From an uncultured Oscillochloris sp. (GTDB lineage Bacteria > Chloroflexota > Chloroflexia > Chloroflexales > Chloroflexaceae): a stretch of DNA of 40,080 nucleotides. The notes under the pieces are model-generated. The model did no database searches, had not been told where the DNA came from, and saw nothing but the letters and a program-made list of their open reading frames with translations. This document shows, one piece after another, positions 37,002-40,080 of the stretch (position 1 is its first letter; each line of letters begins with the position of its first letter). The stretch is from contig CAIWXH010000229.1 of assembly GCA_903916565.1 (NCBI GenBank), positions 1 to 40,080 on the forward strand. Reading direction: 5' to 3'. A program made the translations under genes and the position numbers.

Positions 37002-37090
37002 CAAGGTTTCAGGTTTCAGGTTTCAGGTTGAGCGCATCAGCAAGCGCTGCAAGTACCAGAACGGTAAAGCTGCTCCGAACCTTGTCTAAG
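37002..37090. repeat. Dispersed about 90-nt intergenic element, copy A, starting with (AGGTTTC)x3.7
   Basis: The 60-nt core 37031-37090 matches 38747-38806 at 58 of 60 positions. CAAGGTT (37002-37008) is complementary to AACCTTG (37078-37084). The heptamer array spans 37004-37029. Confidence 0.85.
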
Positions 37091-37120
37091 CGCATGCTCC
37101 CCTGATTGGTCTCAATCGAG

Positions 37121-37126
37121 TATAAT
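37121..37126 (+). promoter_or_regulatory. Perfect -10 hexamer TATAAT upstream of tmk (no clear -35)
   Basis: It lies 35 nt upstream of the tmk ATG, just downstream of repeat copy A. Confidence 0.3.
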
Positions 37127-37161
37127 GGCGCTAGAGTCTAAGTGCGCTAGCGAGCTATTTT

Positions 37162-37857
37162 ATGGGCGTGTTCATCACCTTCGAGGGGCCAGAGGGCAGC
37201 GGGAAGAGTACCCAAGCACGGCTGCTGTACGAGCGGCTGCAGGCGCTTGGCTACCCGGCGATCCTCACCCGCGAGCCTGGCGGCACGCGCATCGGCGAGA
37301 TGATCCGGCGCATTCTGGTTGACCTGCGCCACACCGAGATGGCCCCAACCACCGAGACGCTGCTCTTCGCGGCGGCACGCGCCCAGTTGGTTAGCGAGTT
37401 GGTGCGCCCGTATTTGAATACCGGCGGCATCGTCTTGTGCGACCGCTACGCCGACTCGACCTTCGCCTACCAGGGCTACGGCCTGGGGCGCGACCTCGAC
37501 GAGCTACAGGCGATTACGGCGGTGGCTACCGGTGGGCTGCTGCCCGACCTGACCTTTTACCTTGACCTCGATGTTGAGGCGGGCCTACAGCGCAAGCGCA
37601 CGGCCCGCGACCGCGCCGTCGAGGCGGCCAATCCCGGCTCCACCTTCACCACCCCGCCCGAGTGGAACCGCCTGGACGCCCGTGACCTGGCGTATCACCA
37701 GCGGGTCGTCGCGGGCTTCGCCGAGCTGATGCGGAGCGACCCGGCGCGCTGGCGCCGCTTCTCAGCCGAGCAGCCGGTTACGACTCTGGCTGAACAGATC
37801 TTCCACGAAGCTGACCTGGTCTTACGGCGGGCGCTGCGCCTGGAGACCCACGGATGA
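37162..37857 (+). CDS. tmk: Thymidylate kinase
   Basis: 231 aa, FITFEGPEGSGKSTQARLL...TREPGGT...DRYADSTFAYQG. Confidence 0.94.
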   Translation: MGVFITFEGPEGSGKSTQARLLYERLQALGYPAILTREPGGTRIGEMIRRILVDLRHTEMAPTTETLLFAAARAQLVSELVRPYLNTGGIVLCDRYADSTFAYQGYGLGRDLDELQAITAVATGGLLPDLTFYLDLDVEAGLQRKRTARDRAVEAANPGSTFTTPPEWNRLDARDLAYHQRVVAGFAELMRSDPARWRRFSAEQPVTTLAEQIFHEADLVLRRALRLETHG

Positions 37858-38180
37858 AGTTAGTCCTCGCCATTGTGCAGCATCAGGATGCGGGCAACCT
37901 CGTTGATGCGCTCACCGAACAGGGCTATCGGGTGACGCGCCTCAGCAGCCAGGGCGGCTTCCTGCGCGAGGGCAACCTGACGCTGATGCTCAGCGTCGAG
38001 GATCATCAGGTCAACCTTGTGATCAAGACGGTGCGCGAACACTGCTCGACCCGCACCCGCTACGTTTCGCCGATGCCGCCTATCGCCGAGTCGGGCGAGT
38101 TCTACCCGCCTGCGCCACTTGAAGTGCAGGTCGGCGGGGCCACGGTGTTTGTCCTCAAGGCCGAGACGGCAAAGCTCTAA
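37854..38180 (+). CDS. darA: PII-like cyclic-di-AMP receptor DarA/PstA (DUF970)
   Basis: 108 aa, MKLVLAIVQHQDAGNLVDALTEQGYRVTRLSSQGGFLREGNLTLMLSVED...VQVGGATVFVL aligns closely by eye with Bacillus DarA (YaaQ). tmk-darA synteny supports the call. Confidence 0.88.
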   Translation: MKLVLAIVQHQDAGNLVDALTEQGYRVTRLSSQGGFLREGNLTLMLSVEDHQVNLVIKTVREHCSTRTRYVSPMPPIAESGEFYPPAPLEVQVGGATVFVLKAETAKL

Positions 38181-38183
38181 CTG

Positions 38184-38708
38184 ATGCAAGCCATTCAGGA
38201 CTTTCTTGCGAATCTTGTCCCGCTGCTTCAGATGTTCGGCATCTTCATTGGAGCCTACTTGGTGCTGCTGTGGGCCGCTGCGGTCTTGTGGACGTACCGC
38301 GACATTCGTCGCCGCAGCGAGGATGTCTCGGTGCAGGTGCTGGCCGTGAGCCTGGTGCTGCTGCTGCCCTTTGTCGGCATTCCGCTGCACCTTATTCTGC
38401 GCCCGCCGCAGACCCTCGCCGAAAAGTACGAGCATGAGCTGGAGCAAGAGTATTTGCGCCGCGACATTGAGGAAAAGTACGTCTGCCCCGAGTGCCAGCG
38501 CCCGATTGAGGCCGACTTTGTGCTTTGTCCCCATTGTCAGGCCGCGCTGCGGCGCCGCTGCAGTAGCTGCGAGCGGGTGGTCGATCTGACCTGGAGCGTC
38601 TGCCCGTACTGTGGGAACGACGGCACCACGGCGGCCTCGCGTCAAGCGCCCACGGTGCAGTCGGCGACCTACCCGGCGCGTACTCGCCCAGAGGAAGCCG
38701 TGCGTTAA
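38184..38708 (+). CDS. Membrane protein: two TM helices (PLD-nuclease-N-like) plus a double zinc-ribbon
   Basis: 174 aa. Hydrophobic N-terminus with LWTYRDIRRR between helices. C-terminus has CPECQ...CPHCQ...CSSCE...CPYCG. Confidence 0.75.
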   Translation: MQAIQDFLANLVPLLQMFGIFIGAYLVLLWAAAVLWTYRDIRRRSEDVSVQVLAVSLVLLLPFVGIPLHLILRPPQTLAEKYEHELEQEYLRRDIEEKYVCPECQRPIEADFVLCPHCQAALRRRCSSCERVVDLTWSVCPYCGNDGTTAASRQAPTVQSATYPARTRPEEAVR

Positions 38709-38806
38709 GACAAGGGTTCAGGTGCCGGGCTTCAGGTTTCAGGTCAAGCGCATCAGCAAGCGATGCAAGTACCAGAACGGTAAAGCTGCTGCGAACCTTG
38801 TCTAAG
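38709..38806. repeat. Dispersed intergenic element, copy B
   Basis: GACAAGGGTTC (38709-38719) is complementary to GAACCTTGTC (38793-38802) with a 1-nt bulge. Degenerate heptamers (GGTTCAG, GCTTCAG, GTTTCAG) precede the core 38747-38806, which matches copy A at 58 of 60. Confidence 0.85.
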
Positions 38807-38813
38807 AGCGCCT

Positions 38814-39785
38814 ATGCCCCCCTCAATCACCGCTGTACCTGGAATCACCGTCGGCCACGCCCACGACCTTGCGGCGCTGACCGGCGTCACCGTCGTGCTG
38901 ACGCCCCATGGCGCGGTGGGCGGCGTTGATGTGCGCGGCGGCGCCCCCGGCACCCGCGAGACGGATCTGCTCGCCCCCGAGGCTGCGGTGCAGGAAGTGC
39001 ATGCCGTGGCGCTCTGTGGCGGCAGCGCGATGGGCCTCGCCGCCGTGACGGGCGTGGTGGATTGGCTGCGGGCGGGCGGCTTTGGCTTTGATGTGGGCGT
39101 CACGCGGGTGCCGATTGTGCCTGCCGCTGTGATCTTCGACCTGTCAATCGGTGCCAGCGACCGCTTCCCCGATGCGGCGATGGGCTACGCCGCCTGTGTC
39201 GCCGCCGGTATGTCAGTTGAAGAGGGCTGCCTCGGCGCGGGGGCGGGGGCCACGGTGGGCAAAATCCTTGGCATGCCCTGGGCGATGAAGAGCGGCCTCG
39301 GCACCTGGAGCGAGACGCTGCCCGATGGCACGACCGTGGGTGCGCTGGTGGTGGTCAATGCGTTCGGCGATGTGCGCTACGAGGCGGGGCCGCCCATCGC
39401 TGGGGTGCGCGACCCCGCGACGGGCGGGCTGGCGAACACGATGGCGCTGCTACGCGCCCCACAGTCGCCACCAAGCTTCGGCGGCGGGCGCGAGGGTGCC
39501 AACACGACCATCGCCGTCGTCGCCACCGACGCCACGTTGACGAAGGCCGAGGCGCGCAAGCTGGCCCAAATGGCCCAAGACGGCTTGGCGCGCACCATCA
39601 GCCCGTTGCACACGCCCTTCGACGGCGATAGTGTGTTTGCGCTGGCGACTGGTTTGCGCCCGGCGCCGCCAATGGTCATCCTGGGCAGCATCGCCGCCGA
39701 GGTGCTGTCCAGGGCCGTCGAGCGGGCGGCCCTGGCGGCGACGGGGCTAGGCGGGCTGCCTGCCGCCCGCGACCTTCACCGATAG
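38814..39785 (+). CDS. DmpA/S58 (P1) family aminopeptidase-like protein
   Basis: 323 aa, ITAVPGITVGHAHD...TGVTVVL...GGVDVRGGAPGTRETDLL...NTTIAVVATDA, typical of the L-aminopeptidase/D-esterase family. Confidence 0.85.
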   Translation: MPPSITAVPGITVGHAHDLAALTGVTVVLTPHGAVGGVDVRGGAPGTRETDLLAPEAAVQEVHAVALCGGSAMGLAAVTGVVDWLRAGGFGFDVGVTRVPIVPAAVIFDLSIGASDRFPDAAMGYAACVAAGMSVEEGCLGAGAGATVGKILGMPWAMKSGLGTWSETLPDGTTVGALVVVNAFGDVRYEAGPPIAGVRDPATGGLANTMALLRAPQSPPSFGGGREGANTTIAVVATDATLTKAEARKLAQMAQDGLARTISPLHTPFDGDSVFALATGLRPAPPMVILGSIAAEVLSRAVERAALAATGLGGLPAARDLHR

Positions 39786-39836
39786 CCGATAGCCGATAGC
39801 CGATAGCCGATAGCCGATAGCCGATAGCCGATAGCC
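39781..39836. repeat. Perfect heptanucleotide tandem array (GATAGCC)x8
   Basis: I counted eight uninterrupted units. The first unit contains the TAG stop (39783-39785) of the peptidase gene. The array ends 20 nt before the next ATG. Confidence 0.95.
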
Positions 39837-39855
39837 GTACACCAGGAGATGCACG

Positions 39856-40080
39856 ATGCCCGTTGCCACGATACCGTTGTCCACCCGCCCCGTCACGCAT
39901 CCGTCCGTCGTCTTCGCCAAGCGGCGCGGCCAGATGATCCCCCTGACGGCGATCATCCTGCCGGTCATCCTCGCCTTCACGCTGCTGGTGGTGGAAGTGT
40001 CGGAGCGCTGGCTGGAGGTGGCGATGCTGGAGGACGCGCTGCAAGCGGCCACGCGCTCGGCGGTGCAGCGCCTCGACTAC
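39856..40080 (+). CDS. TadE/TadG-like (Flp-pilus assembly / pseudopilin-like) protein, N-terminal fragment running off the window
   Basis: The ATG at 39856 lies 6 nt after CAGGAG. The sequence ...KRRGQMIPLTAIILPVILAFTLLVVEVSERWLEVAMLEDALQAATRSAVQ shows the N-terminal hydrophobic helix typical of TadE/TadG-like N-terminal domains. The frame is open to the window end. Confidence 0.6.
   Translation, partial: MPVATIPLSTRPVTHPSVVFAKRRGQMIPLTAIILPVILAFTLLVVEVSERWLEVAMLEDALQAATRSAVQRLDY

Noticed and set aside
37004-37090. A possible small peptide in the repeated element (…GFRFQV[E/K]RISKRCKYQNGKAA[P/A]NLV*), conserved in both copies.
   Set aside because: Copy A has no start codon; the frame is merely contiguous with the upstream TAG stop. 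In copy B the same frame is +1 relative to the upstream gene and only opens inside it (track ORF 38611-38805). With just 2-4 nt differences, apparent protein conservation carries no information, so I treat it as a non-coding repeat.
39676-40052. Minus-strand ORFs containing AIGYRLSAIGYRLSAIG repeats.
   Set aside because: They are a translation artefact of the (GATAGCC)8 array and run antisense to the peptidase and TadE/G-like genes.

Overview
High-GC (roughly 60%) bacterial chromosomal window, mostly core housekeeping. From 1 to 17.8 kb it holds the 3' end of tuf, an uninterrupted S10-spc-alpha ribosomal-protein supercluster (rpsJ to rplQ, with secY, adk, infA and a hand-found rpmJ), then truA and rplM-rpsI. 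From 17.9 to 24.0 kb come rsmD-coaD-(coiled-coil ORF)-yceD-rpmF-fabH-fabD-fabG plus a second SDR. The synteny (rsmD-coaD-yceD-rpmF, tmk-darA, truA-rplM) looks Firmicute/Chloroflexota-like. I suspect a Chloroflexota genome, but that rests on recollection and is unverified. The least ordinary part is 24.0-32.6 kb. It starts with an 828-bp ORF-free, repeat-bearing spacer between convergent genes, at the point where fabH-fabD-fabG clusters usually continue into acpP-fabF. It then has a minus-strand run: acidic orphan protein, miaB, a TPR protein with a poly-acidic tail, an uncharacterised AAA+ ATPase, an orphan CpaF/TadA-type secretion ATPase, and a CrtI-family desaturase. The AAA+/CpaF pair has its own near-consensus promoter and terminator and no Tad platform, pilin or secretin genes beside it; it is my best candidate for an undescribed module. 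The last 8 kb (pdxS-pdxT, tandem GNAT-like, SpoIIIAA/R3H ATPase, tmk, darA, zinc-ribbon membrane protein, DmpA-like peptidase, start of a TadE/G-like gene) carries structured intergenic repeats: heptanucleotide tandem arrays, a roughly 95-nt element present twice, and GC-rich palindromes. Similar palindromes sit after stop codons inside the ribosomal operons. No tRNA, rRNA, CRISPR array or transposase was recognised. All homology calls are by eye from the translations; no searches were run.
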